DNA from: a virus | Lineage: Duplodnaviria; Caudoviricetes | Length of the DNA stretch: 29,877 bases | IMG/VR virus record: IMGVR_UViG_3300020045_006040 | Coordinates: 1-29,877 of that record | Direction: 5' to 3' (one strand) | In this document: positions 18,785-25,946 of the stretch, in pieces | How positions within the stretch are numbered: position 1 is the stretch's first letter | How the letters are laid out: every line of letters starts with the position of its first letter | Made by a program: the position numbers and the translations under genes | The notes under the pieces: model-generated | The model's database searches: none | Seen by the model: only the letters and a program-made list of their open reading frames with translations | What the model was told of the DNA's origin: nothing

Positions 18785-19041
18785 AATATTTTAATTTTTT
18801 CAATTTCTTCCTTTAATATTTTTTCTTCATCAATTAATATTTGTATTAATGCAGGATATAGTTTTTCACTAAATTCAATTCCTTTAGACTTCAATTCAAA
18901 TAACAATTCTCTTAAAGAATGATATTCATTTTGAACACAAAAAATAGCATTTTTTTTTGATTTTTCTAAACATAAATTAGAATTGTAATCTGACAACGCA
19001 AATTCTTGAACTAATCTATATGCTTTTTCTTTTAATATCAT
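18781..19041 (-). CDS. Cassette 7 first gene: hypothetical protein, paralog of cassette 9 gene
   Basis: NEY..LRE.LFEL...LI.EEK shared. Confidence 0.7.
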   Translation of the reverse strand: MILKEKAYRLVQEFALSDYNSNLCLEKSKKNAIFCVQNEYHSLRELLFELKSKGIEFSEKLYPALIQILIDEEKILKEEIEKIKIL

Positions 19042-19067
19042 AATATTTGCATTTTAAAAAGCCGAAG

Positions 19068-19197
19068 TGATAACATACGTTAACCGCTATTCAGGCTTTA
19101 GGTTTAATTTAATTGTCGTTTTGTGTCTGTAAGATTTGTGATTACTCGAAATTCAGTTCTTACTTTTCCTGAACATCGGTTAGCTTTTCCGTTAGTG
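19068..19197 (+). repeat. attC-like site 7 (long)
   Basis: TAAC 19071...GTTA 19191; arms GTTAACCGCTATTCAGG / CCTGAACATCGGTTAGC. Confidence 0.8.
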
Positions 19198-19203
19198 ACA
19201 AGA

Positions 19204-19452
19204 CTACGAGTTATATTCAAACCACATATAAACATCGTCGTAAAATGGTATTAAAAACTCACCTCGCCCACAATCTTCATCATAAATTTCACTCCAATTG
19301 TATTCGTGATTAAAGCTTTGTTCTTCTACATCTTGTTTTTTGAATTTATTAGGGTCAATATCTCCATATTCCACAACTCCAATCATTGCTACATAAGATA
19401 AATCTTCTCTCAAATAATCAAATGCTTCTGTAATTTTTTCTTGTATTGTCAT
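19204..19452 (-). CDS. Cassette 8: acidic hypothetical protein (82 aa, MTIQEKITEAF...)
   Basis: Start revised to ATG 19452. Confidence 0.7.
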   Translation of the reverse strand: MTIQEKITEAFDYLREDLSYVAMIGVVEYGDIDPNKFKKQDVEEQSFNHEYNWSEIYDEDCGRGEFLIPFYDDVYMWFEYNS

Positions 19453-19499
19453 TTCGTTTAGTTTTATAATTAATATTTGTTTTAAAATTGCCGTCCAGC

Positions 19500-19576
19500 T
19501 ACTAACAATCACTATACAGCAGTTGCCGAATCTACGCAACCGAATAGGCAACCGCAGTATAGTTTTAACGTTATGT
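19500..19576 (+). repeat. attC-like site 8 (short)
   Basis: TAAC 19503...GTTA 19570; arms ACTATACAGCAGTTGCC / GGCAACCGCAGTATAGT. Confidence 0.8.
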
Positions 19577-19583
19577 GAGATTG

Positions 19584-19877
19584 TTACGAGTAATCTTCAA
19601 AAGAAAATATATCTAAAAAATCAAGTATTCTTTTTTCCTCGTTTATCAAAGCATCCAGTCTAGCTAAATACACTCTCCCATTTTCAATTGTATGACAAGC
19701 TCTTAATTCAAAAAGCATTTCTCTCAACCAATAATATTCGTTTTTCACGTTAATTCTTGCACATTCTTTTGCGTTTTTAAACATTTTTTCTTGTTCAGAA
19801 AGAATATCATCACCTTCATAATCTACATAAGGAGAAAAGTCAAGTATTAATTTTTCTATTTTTTCTTTAACGTTCAT
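19584..19877 (-). CDS. Cassette 9: hypothetical protein (97 aa, MNVKEKIEKL...)
   Basis: Start revised to ATG 19877; paralog of 18781-19041. Confidence 0.7.
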   Translation of the reverse strand: MNVKEKIEKLILDFSPYVDYEGDDILSEQEKMFKNAKECARINVKNEYYWLREMLFELRACHTIENGRVYLARLDALINEEKRILDFLDIFSFEDYS

Positions 19878-19906
19878 AACAAATTCAGTTTTAAGAACCG
19901 CACTAC

Positions 19907-20038
19907 TGGTAACATATGCTACACAATAGCTGGGTTTCGGGTTAAATTTAAAGTTTGTTTTGCGCCTTTTTAATCTGTCATTATCCGAAGTCTGGGTGTG
20001 TGCTTTTCCCAGCCATCGTGTAGCATCCGCCGTTAGTG
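19907..20038 (+). repeat. attC-like site 9 (long)
   Basis: TAAC 19910...GTTA 20032; arms ATGCTACACAATAGCTGGG / CCCAGCCATCGTGTAGCAT. Confidence 0.8.
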
Positions 20039-20047
20039 GCAAGACTA

Positions 20048-20266
20048 CTAAACATCCGTATAATTAAGCCACCAGTTACGATGCCACATAATGCCACAAT
20101 TATTTTTTAAAGTAATCCAGAAATATCTAGTATTCCGTTGGTACATTCCAGAGCTTCCAGAATCCCAATAACCATTGTATCTGCATTCTCTAGGTATTGC
20201 CCATCTAATAAATGTCTTGCCTATTTTTAAATATTTTCTTTCAAATTCATCGACTACTATTTTCAT
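20048..20266 (-). CDS. Cassette 10: Trp-rich hypothetical protein
   Basis: 72 aa ORF filling the cassette. Confidence 0.7.
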   Translation of the reverse strand: MKIVVDEFERKYLKIGKTFIRWAIPRECRYNGYWDSGSSGMYQRNTRYFWITLKNNCGIMWHRNWWLNYTDV

Positions 20267-20313
20267 CTTGTTTTATTTTTTTTATTAATGTTTATCGCTT
20301 GTTGCCGTCCTGC

Positions 20314-20393
20314 CACTAACAGCGGTTACATTTCAGCAGCCGAAATCTCGTAGCTGGATAGGCTGCCGAAATTGTAGCCGCAGGACGTTATAA
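20314..20393 (+). repeat. attC-like site 10 (short)
   Basis: TAAC 20317...GTTA 20387; arms GCGGTTACATTTCAGCAGCC / GGCTGCCGAAATTGTAGCCGC. Confidence 0.8.
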
Positions 20394-20399
20394 CTCAGC

Positions 20400-20570
20400 T
20401 TATTTTTTATCCATTTCCTCAATTAATTCATCTTGCCATTCTAAAAGCTTATTTTTTTCTGAAATATTTACTTTTAGATCAAAAATTTCCTCTTCTTGCC
20501 GGATTACTTTTCTGGCAAGGATTATGCATAAAATCAGTAATAATGCTATTGATATTATAAGTGCTGCCAT
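20400..20570 (-). CDS. 56 aa membrane-anchored coiled-coil protein, not in ORF track
   Basis: MAALIISIALLLILCIILARKVIRQEEEIFDLK... Confidence 0.6.
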   Translation of the reverse strand: MAALIISIALLLILCIILARKVIRQEEEIFDLKVNISEKNKLLEWQDELIEEMDKK

Positions 20571-20571
20571 G

Positions 20572-20853
20572 TTATTTTGTTATTTTGGTTAATAGTTGTT
20601 CGATTTCTAAAGCACTAACTTCGTCCATATAGTATTCTAGTCTATCTTTTAATTCTTTCAACATTTCAAACATTTCTGGAGCTGATTCTATCAATTTAAG
20701 ATTAGACTGTGCCTCGTTTTTAAAAACGTGATAGAACTCATAAGCGACTACCCGAGCTATTATTTTTGTTCCACACATAATTTCAACAGGCGATGTATTA
20801 TTTAAAATATTCCCGTCCCTTTTCCACTTCCCTTTTGTTCCTTTAAATTCCAT
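20572..20853 (-). CDS. Phage hypothetical protein
   Basis: MEFKGTKGKW...N.KLI..APEM.E.L motif common in phage early genes. Confidence 0.75.
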   Translation of the reverse strand: MEFKGTKGKWKRDGNILNNTSPVEIMCGTKIIARVVAYEFYHVFKNEAQSNLKLIESAPEMFEMLKELKDRLEYYMDEVSALEIEQLLTKITK

Positions 20854-20855
20854 AA

Positions 20856-21038
20856 TTAATTTACTTTTACAATTGAATAATCTACTTCGATTTCTGACAA
20901 TGGTTTATCGAAATTTACATCGCTTAAACGTACTTTAAAAGCACAATTTTTAACAGTGCGTAATTCGTCATTTAATCGTTTATTTTCGTTCTCTAACGCT
21001 TCGATACGTTGCATTAGGAATTGGTTTTGTTCTTTCAT
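20856..21038 (-). CDS. Hypothetical coiled-coil protein
   Basis: Tightly packed operon. Confidence 0.65.
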   Translation of the reverse strand: MKEQNQFLMQRIEALENENKRLNDELRTVKNCAFKVRLSDVNFDKPLSEIEVDYSIVKVN

Positions 21039-21241
21039 AATGTTTTTTTATAAATTTCTAAAAGTTCTTTTGTTGTGTATCTATTGAATTTACCATCTAC
21101 ATACTTAACCCAAGTAGTTCTATCTAATCCATAATTACTATTACACCATTCTGCAAACCCAATAGCAAAATTTTCTGCTATTTCAACGCAAAATGAAATA
21201 TTGTCATCTACGTAAATACTAAATTCATTTTCTAATCCCAT
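21035..21241 (-). CDS. Phage hypothetical protein
   Basis: FAIGFAEW...TTKELLEIYK. Confidence 0.7.
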   Translation of the reverse strand: MGLENEFSIYVDDNISFCVEIAENFAIGFAEWCNSNYGLDRTTWVKYVDGKFNRYTTKELLEIYKKTL

Positions 21242-21314
21242 AACTATCTAAATATTAAATTAAGAATAAAATAAACCCCGACAATTGCAAGGAATATTAT
21301 TTGAGGTTTTTGTT

Positions 21315-21563
21315 TCATTTTGATTGTTTTAAAAGTTCGATAAATTCTTGCTCTGTGATTTCAGTTAAATTTTCATAATTGCATTTATAATTGCAGAATT
21401 CTCCATCGTAAAAATAAAAACAATCATAATTTGTTTGCGTCGGAACAGGTTTAAAGTCAAAATCGCGCCAATATGGTAACCCATTATCAATACATAATTG
21501 TTTCATTTTATCACATTGCTCTTGTGATTCCATTATTACAAATGTGTTGTATATTGTTTTCAT
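21315..21563 (-). CDS. Hypothetical protein
   Basis: ATGA overlap with neighbour. Confidence 0.7.
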   Translation of the reverse strand: MKTIYNTFVIMESQEQCDKMKQLCIDNGLPYWRDFDFKPVPTQTNYDCFYFYDGEFCNYKCNYENLTEITEQEFIELLKQSK

Positions 21564-21802
21564 TTTGATATTTTTGAAATTATAGTTTCTAATTCGTCAA
21601 GTCTATTTATCACATTCAAAATAGTAGTTGAGCCGTGCAAATCTTTTTGAATAAACGCGTTTAAGCATGTTTTAAGGTTTGGATAGTAATATCTATCAGT
21701 AGATATATAATCGCCTTTCTTTTCGCTGTTTTTCTTTTCTGTAAACACTAATATAGCGTTGTTTTCGTCGAACTCAATTGAGTAATTCTCTGTTAGTTTC
21801 AT
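21560..21802 (-). CDS. Hypothetical protein
   Basis: Operon packing. Confidence 0.7.
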   Translation of the reverse strand: MKLTENYSIEFDENNAILVFTEKKNSEKKGDYISTDRYYYPNLKTCLNAFIQKDLHGSTTILNVINRLDELETIISKISK

Positions 21803-21808
21803 TTCTCT

Positions 21809-21961
21809 TTATTTTTTAAACGTTTGTGATACATTAAGATAAGGCTCTAATAACTCATCGATTTGCTTTTCGGCAATAATCGGAATACGTTTCAATTTTG
21901 TTGGAGAATTGTATTTTTGTTTTCTCCCAGCGTTACGCTCGTTATTTGTTAGTTTTTTCAT
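21809..21961 (-). CDS. 50 aa basic putative DNA-binding protein, not in ORF track
   Basis: MKKLTNNERNAGRKQKYNSPTKLKRIP... Confidence 0.6.
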   Translation of the reverse strand: MKKLTNNERNAGRKQKYNSPTKLKRIPIIAEKQIDELLEPYLNVSQTFKK

Positions 21962-21963
21962 AT

Positions 21964-22128
21964 TTAATTAGCTTTTAAAATTACATTTTCAATTTTTATC
22001 CAAGTTTTCATATATCCTCTAGGCCATTTAACCTGAATCCTGTTTCTAAATAAGTCAATATCTAAAACATTACCTTCAACACCTTTTTTATCTCCTATTA
22101 TCGCTATTATTGTATCGTTGATTTTCAT
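21964..22128 (-). CDS. 54 aa KOW/SH3-like protein, not in ORF track
   Basis: D.I.AI.GDKKGVEG.VL.ID..RNRI.V resembles a KOW motif. Confidence 0.6.
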   Translation of the reverse strand: MKINDTIIAIIGDKKGVEGNVLDIDLFRNRIQVKWPRGYMKTWIKIENVILKAN

Positions 22129-22151
22129 ATTGTTCGTTGTTTTTATTTCTA

Positions 22152-22181
22152 CAAATGTACACCTTTTTATTTAATTACAAA
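22152..22181 (-). promoter_or_regulatory. Leftward Bacteroidetes-type promoter
   Basis: TTTG-N18-TACATTTG on minus strand. Confidence 0.65.
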
Positions 22182-22225
22182 ATTAATTATGTTATATAGA
22201 TTTAATATAAATAACGTTTTTAATA

Positions 22226-22255
22226 TTGTTTATTCAATTAATAGTCATATATTTG
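22226..22255 (+). promoter_or_regulatory. Rightward Bacteroidetes-type promoter
   Basis: TTG-N19-TATATTTG. Confidence 0.65.
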
Positions 22256-22276
22256 CTGAACTAAAATATAGAAATT

Positions 22277-22513
22277 ATGAGCCTAGACACATACAACGAA
22301 CACAATCATATTAATCCAATTAATCAAAAGGAAAATGAACCATTAACAGAATTAGAACAACAACAAGACTGGAATCAAGATTTATTAAAACGTATCCAGT
22401 CGCAAAAATCGGATCTGATTAAGTTAAAAGAAATTGAAGAAAGTTTTAAAACTTTTGGTTTTTTGAGTTATGAAGAAAGTACAGAAAAAAATAACATTTT
22501 AAATAAATATTAA
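22277..22513 (+). CDS. Hypothetical protein
   Basis: First gene of the rightward operon. Confidence 0.7.
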   Translation: MSLDTYNEHNHINPINQKENEPLTELEQQQDWNQDLLKRIQSQKSDLIKLKEIEESFKTFGFLSYEESTEKNNILNKY

Positions 22514-22515
22514 TT

Positions 22516-22722
22516 ATGAAAGCCGGGGAAAAAGCATCAAAGAATTTTATATTAAAAAAACAAATAGAAACTTTAGACGAATTTTGGCAAGTTATAAATA
22601 ATGATAAAAGTATATTTTGGAGATCTAGAACAAATTCAAGTGCTTTTTATTTTAGCTGGACAATTAAAACAATTAAACAATCTATTGATTTAGGTTTGTT
22701 TTGGAGTGTAGAAAAAAAATAA
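22516..22722 (+). CDS. Hypothetical protein
   Basis: Operon packing. Confidence 0.65.
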   Translation: MKAGEKASKNFILKKQIETLDEFWQVINNDKSIFWRSRTNSSAFYFSWTIKTIKQSIDLGLFWSVEKK

Positions 22723-22741
22723 CAAATAAAAACAATTAATT

Positions 22742-23470
22742 ATGAAAAACGAGATTACAACAACAGAACAAGTTAGCGACAAAGTACTTATTGAGTACTT
22801 AGATGTTATGGGAATCGCTCCAAAATTAGACGAAAAAGAGAAATTACAATTTCTTAATATCTCAAAAACGTTTGGTTTAAATCCTTTTAAACGTGAAATA
22901 TTTTGTACGGTTTATGGAGAGGGTCAATATAAACAATTTGCCATTATTACAGGTTATGAGGTTTATATTAAAAGAGCTGAAAGATCAGGACAATTAGACG
23001 GATGGAATGCGACTACGTCCGGAACAGTTGAAAATGGAGATTTAAAAGCAACTGTTACTATATTCAGAAAAGACCGTCAACATCCATTTATTTGGGAAGT
23101 TTTTTATAATGAATGTGTGCAAAAAACTAAAGCCGGAGCGGTTACTAAATTTTGGGAAAAAGCAAACTTTATGACTAAAAAAGTAGGTATCTCACAGGCT
23201 TTTAGATTGTGTTTTTCTGACGAATTAGGAGGTATGCCATACACAAGTGACGAAATGCCACAACAAGAAATTACTCAAGATATTCCGCACGTTGAAATTG
23301 TCGAAAATGTACCTACAATGAATAATTCTCAACACAAAAAACTAATTGACACGGCAACCGTTGAAAGATTAGGCGAGGTTTTGAATATGATTGAAGAAGG
23401 AAAATTGAACGCTACAAGTGCGCATGTTTTGACGTTAGAGGAAAAATTAATTGAATTAAAAACAGTATAA
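22742..23470 (+). CDS. bet: Single-strand annealing recombinase (Bet/RecT family)
   Basis: FL......GLNPF.REI, I..G...Y...AERSGQLDG, M..KV...QA.R..F...LGG.YT.DEM. Confidence 0.8.
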   Translation: MKNEITTTEQVSDKVLIEYLDVMGIAPKLDEKEKLQFLNISKTFGLNPFKREIFCTVYGEGQYKQFAIITGYEVYIKRAERSGQLDGWNATTSGTVENGDLKATVTIFRKDRQHPFIWEVFYNECVQKTKAGAVTKFWEKANFMTKKVGISQAFRLCFSDELGGMPYTSDEMPQQEITQDIPHVEIVENVPTMNNSQHKKLIDTATVERLGEVLNMIEEGKLNATSAHVLTLEEKLIELKTV

Positions 23471-23472
23471 TT

Positions 23473-24534
23473 ATGAGCAAAGATTTAGCAGAACAGCAAA
23501 CAGAATGGGATTTACACGAAAATCAAGAAACATTTATCCCGTTAGAATTTACGGAAGAAATAAAGCCTGAAACGTTCGGGCTTGAAATTGCAAAAGCAAC
23601 TGAAATGGTAAGCGGTTTATCTGTAACATTGGCCGAAAGGAAAGTATTGAAAAACGCATACATCGATGTTATTGAATTACCAATTAACGCAGAAACTTTG
23701 CCTATATTTAAAGAATTGCGTTTAAAAATTGTAAAGAATAGAACGCAGGGTATTGAGAAATGGCACAAAACAAATAAAGCATTTTATTTGGCTGGAGGTC
23801 GTTTTGTTGATGCCGTAAAAAACAAAGAAGTTTTGATTAATGAGGAAATGGAATCTAAACTTTTGGAAGGAGAAAAGTATTTTGAGAACTTGGAAAAAGA
23901 AGCAAAAGCGAAGCTTAACGCTAAACGTATTGAAATTATATGTCTGTACGTTGATGATGTTGCTGGTTTGGATTTTTCAGATTTTAACGATGAAGATTTT
24001 GACGATTACGTTTTAGGTAAAAAAACACGTTACAATGAAAGAATCGAAGCCGAAAAACAGGAAGCGATCAGGATTGAAAATGAGCGTTTAGTTGAAATTG
24101 AAAAACAACGTTTAGCAGAAATTGAAAACAAAAAAATACGTGTTGAAAATGAGCGTTTACAAAAAGAAGCTGAATTAAAAGAAGCTGAACTACAAAAAGA
24201 ACGTAAATTACAAGCCGAGAAAGAAGCTAAAATTAAGACTGAAAATGATGCAAAATTAGAAGTTGAAAGAATTGCACGTGAAAAATTAGAATCCGAATTA
24301 CAAGCTAAAAAAGATGCTGAAACCAAAGCCGAAAATGAACGTTTAGCAAAGATTGAAGCGGACAAAAAAGCGGCTATTTTAGCGGCCAAAGCACCCGTTA
24401 AAAAACAATTATCCATTTGGGTAGAGTCTTTTGAATTGCCAACTACAACAGTAAATAATGAAACTACTTTGGATATTATAGCAAAATTCGAAGCGTTTAA
24501 AAAATGGTCACAAACACAAGTAAATAATCTATAA
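23473..24534 (+). CDS. Long coiled-coil protein
   Basis: E/K/A/R-rich; next to recombinase. Confidence 0.7.
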   Translation: MSKDLAEQQTEWDLHENQETFIPLEFTEEIKPETFGLEIAKATEMVSGLSVTLAERKVLKNAYIDVIELPINAETLPIFKELRLKIVKNRTQGIEKWHKTNKAFYLAGGRFVDAVKNKEVLINEEMESKLLEGEKYFENLEKEAKAKLNAKRIEIICLYVDDVAGLDFSDFNDEDFDDYVLGKKTRYNERIEAEKQEAIRIENERLVEIEKQRLAEIENKKIRVENERLQKEAELKEAELQKERKLQAEKEAKIKTENDAKLEVERIAREKLESELQAKKDAETKAENERLAKIEADKKAAILAAKAPVKKQLSIWVESFELPTTTVNNETTLDIIAKFEAFKKWSQTQVNNL

Positions 24535-24546
24535 ACAACAAACATT

Positions 24547-24831
24547 ATGATCTTAGAAGGAAAAATTGAAGTAATTCAAGAAGTAGAAGAAAAAGGAACT
24601 TTCAAAAAACAGTCGTTAATATTGCAAACTGAATTGAGTAGTCAATATCCACAATTTGTAAATATTGAATTTCAACAAAACAATTGTGATTTATTAAATG
24701 CGGTTGTAGTTGGTGACGATGTTAAAGTATCAATTAATATCGCTGGCCGGAAGTGGGTAAATCCAGAAGGCAAAGATATTTATTTCAATACTATTAAGGG
24801 TTGGAAAATTGAAAAGACAAGTACATTCTAA
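24547..24831 (+). CDS. DUF3127-like OB-fold single-stranded DNA-binding protein
   Basis: F.K...L.T...QYPQ...IEF.Q...GD.V.VSIN..GR.W...YFN.I.GWKIE. Confidence 0.8.
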   Translation: MILEGKIEVIQEVEEKGTFKKQSLILQTELSSQYPQFVNIEFQQNNCDLLNAVVVGDDVKVSINIAGRKWVNPEGKDIYFNTIKGWKIEKTSTF

Positions 24832-24840
24832 AACCCCACA

Positions 24841-24870
24841 AAAACCCATTTCGAAAGATTTGGGTTTTTT
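24841..24870 (+). terminator. Intrinsic terminator
   Basis: AAAACCCA...TGGGTTTTTT. Confidence 0.65.
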
Positions 24871-24892
24871 ATTTAACAAAACTTTAACATAT

Positions 24893-24928
24893 TAAATACA
24901 CGCACAATGTGTTTATTGTGTATCTTTG
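24893..24928 (+). promoter_or_regulatory. Promoter -7 box with overlapping inverted repeat (possible operator)
   Basis: TATCTTTG 24921-24928 preceded by CACAAT-N6-ATTGTG. Confidence 0.45.
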
Positions 24929-24959
24929 AATATTGAAAATCACTAAAAAAATATAAATT

Positions 24960-25211
24960 ATGAAAAAAGCAATTTTAATAGAAAGAATTACAAAAACACT
25001 TTATTTTGAAAATGGGTTACTTTTAAATTTGATTACTCCGTCTGAAAAATTACAGCATACTATTTTTGGAGAAACAAAAGTGATGATTGAAGAAACCGAA
25101 ATAGATACGTTTTTTTATAAAAATAAAAAAGATGTAGAATTGATGTTTTGGAACTATATGAATGAAAAAAAATTAAATGCTGACAATTATTATGTAATTT
25201 ATTTAAAATAA
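24960..25211 (+). CDS. Hypothetical protein
   Basis: ORF after promoter. Confidence 0.65.
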   Translation: MKKAILIERITKTLYFENGLLLNLITPSEKLQHTIFGETKVMIEETEIDTFFYKNKKDVELMFWNYMNEKKLNADNYYVIYLK

Positions 25212-25212
25212 T

Positions 25213-25419
25213 ATGACAAAACAACAAACTATCCGCAATCTAATACAATTATCAGGTTGCGGAACTATCAAAGAATTTGCATCACGTCACGAAATACCAT
25301 ACCAGCGAGTTAGTGAATGGCAAAGAGGAATTAGAAACATTTGTAACGAAAAATTACAAGAAATCGCAAACAAAGAAGGGTATAAATTAACAATTGAATT
25401 TAAACTTGAAAAGATATGA
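25213..25419 (+). CDS. Cro/XRE-like helix-turn-helix regulator
   Basis: TIKEFASRHEIPYQRVSEWQRG. Confidence 0.7.
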   Translation: MTKQQTIRNLIQLSGCGTIKEFASRHEIPYQRVSEWQRGIRNICNEKLQEIANKEGYKLTIEFKLEKI

Positions 25420-25946
25420 TTGAAATTTGGAAAAATATTGAAGGTTTTGAATATTATCAGGTTAGTAATTTTGGCAACGTTAAATCTTTAGAAAGAAATA
25501 TTATTCAAAAAAATGGTAAGAATTATAAAGTTACTGAAAAATTATTAAAACCAAGTATTAATAATTTTGGATATTATTTTGTTTGCTTGTACAAAAAAAC
25601 ACAATGCTCTAAAAGCAAAACAATTCATCAATTGGTATCAATTGCATTTTTAGAACATAAACCAAGTGGATACAATTTAGTTATAAATCATAAAGATTTT
25701 AATAAACTTAATAATCACGAAAGTAATTTAGAAATTGTTTCAGCTAGAGAAAATACAAATCGAAAACATATAAAAAGCACTTCAAAATACGTAGGCGTGT
25801 GTTTAGATAAAAAACTAAATAAGTGGTGTGCTAAAATAAGAGAAAATGGAACTCAAAAATATTTAGGATTATATATAAACGAAATTGATGCGCATAATGC
25901 TTATCAAAAAGCATTAAAAGAAATAACTAAAAATACAATATTATGA
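25416..25946 (+). CDS. NUMOD4-HNH-AP2 homing endonuclease
   Basis: EIWK.IEGFE.YQVSN.G.VKSL; INHKD.NKLNN..SNLE; SKY.GV...KW.A.I. Confidence 0.9.
   Translation: MIEIWKNIEGFEYYQVSNFGNVKSLERNIIQKNGKNYKVTEKLLKPSINNFGYYFVCLYKKTQCSKSKTIHQLVSIAFLEHKPSGYNLVINHKDFNKLNNHESNLEIVSARENTNRKHIKSTSKYVGVCLDKKLNKWCAKIRENGTQKYLGLYINEIDAHNAYQKALKEITKNTIL

Larger units (their letters stand above)
15569..20393. mobile_element. Integron-like gene cassette array (10 cassettes, 10 attC-like sites, no integrase in window)
   Basis: Regular alternation of minus-strand ORFs and TAACA..CGTTA hairpins; cassette-specific complementary ends. Confidence 0.8.

Noticed and set aside
17243-20042. N-terminal extensions of ORFs 16709-17374, 19204-19551 and 19584-20042
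   Set aside because: They read through attC-like sites; downstream ATGs with AT-rich leaders fit the cassette boundaries
15569-20393. CRISPR array or simple terminators as explanation of the repeats
   Set aside because: Repeats are not identical, the intervening units are whole genes, and there are no U-tails. Fixed AAC/GTT ends and cross-gene complementarity are not terminator features.
20394-22128. Further cassettes to the right of site 10
   Set aside because: No TAACA...CGTTA hairpins and no partner for GTTATAACTCAG were seen; genes are tightly coupled like an ordinary operon
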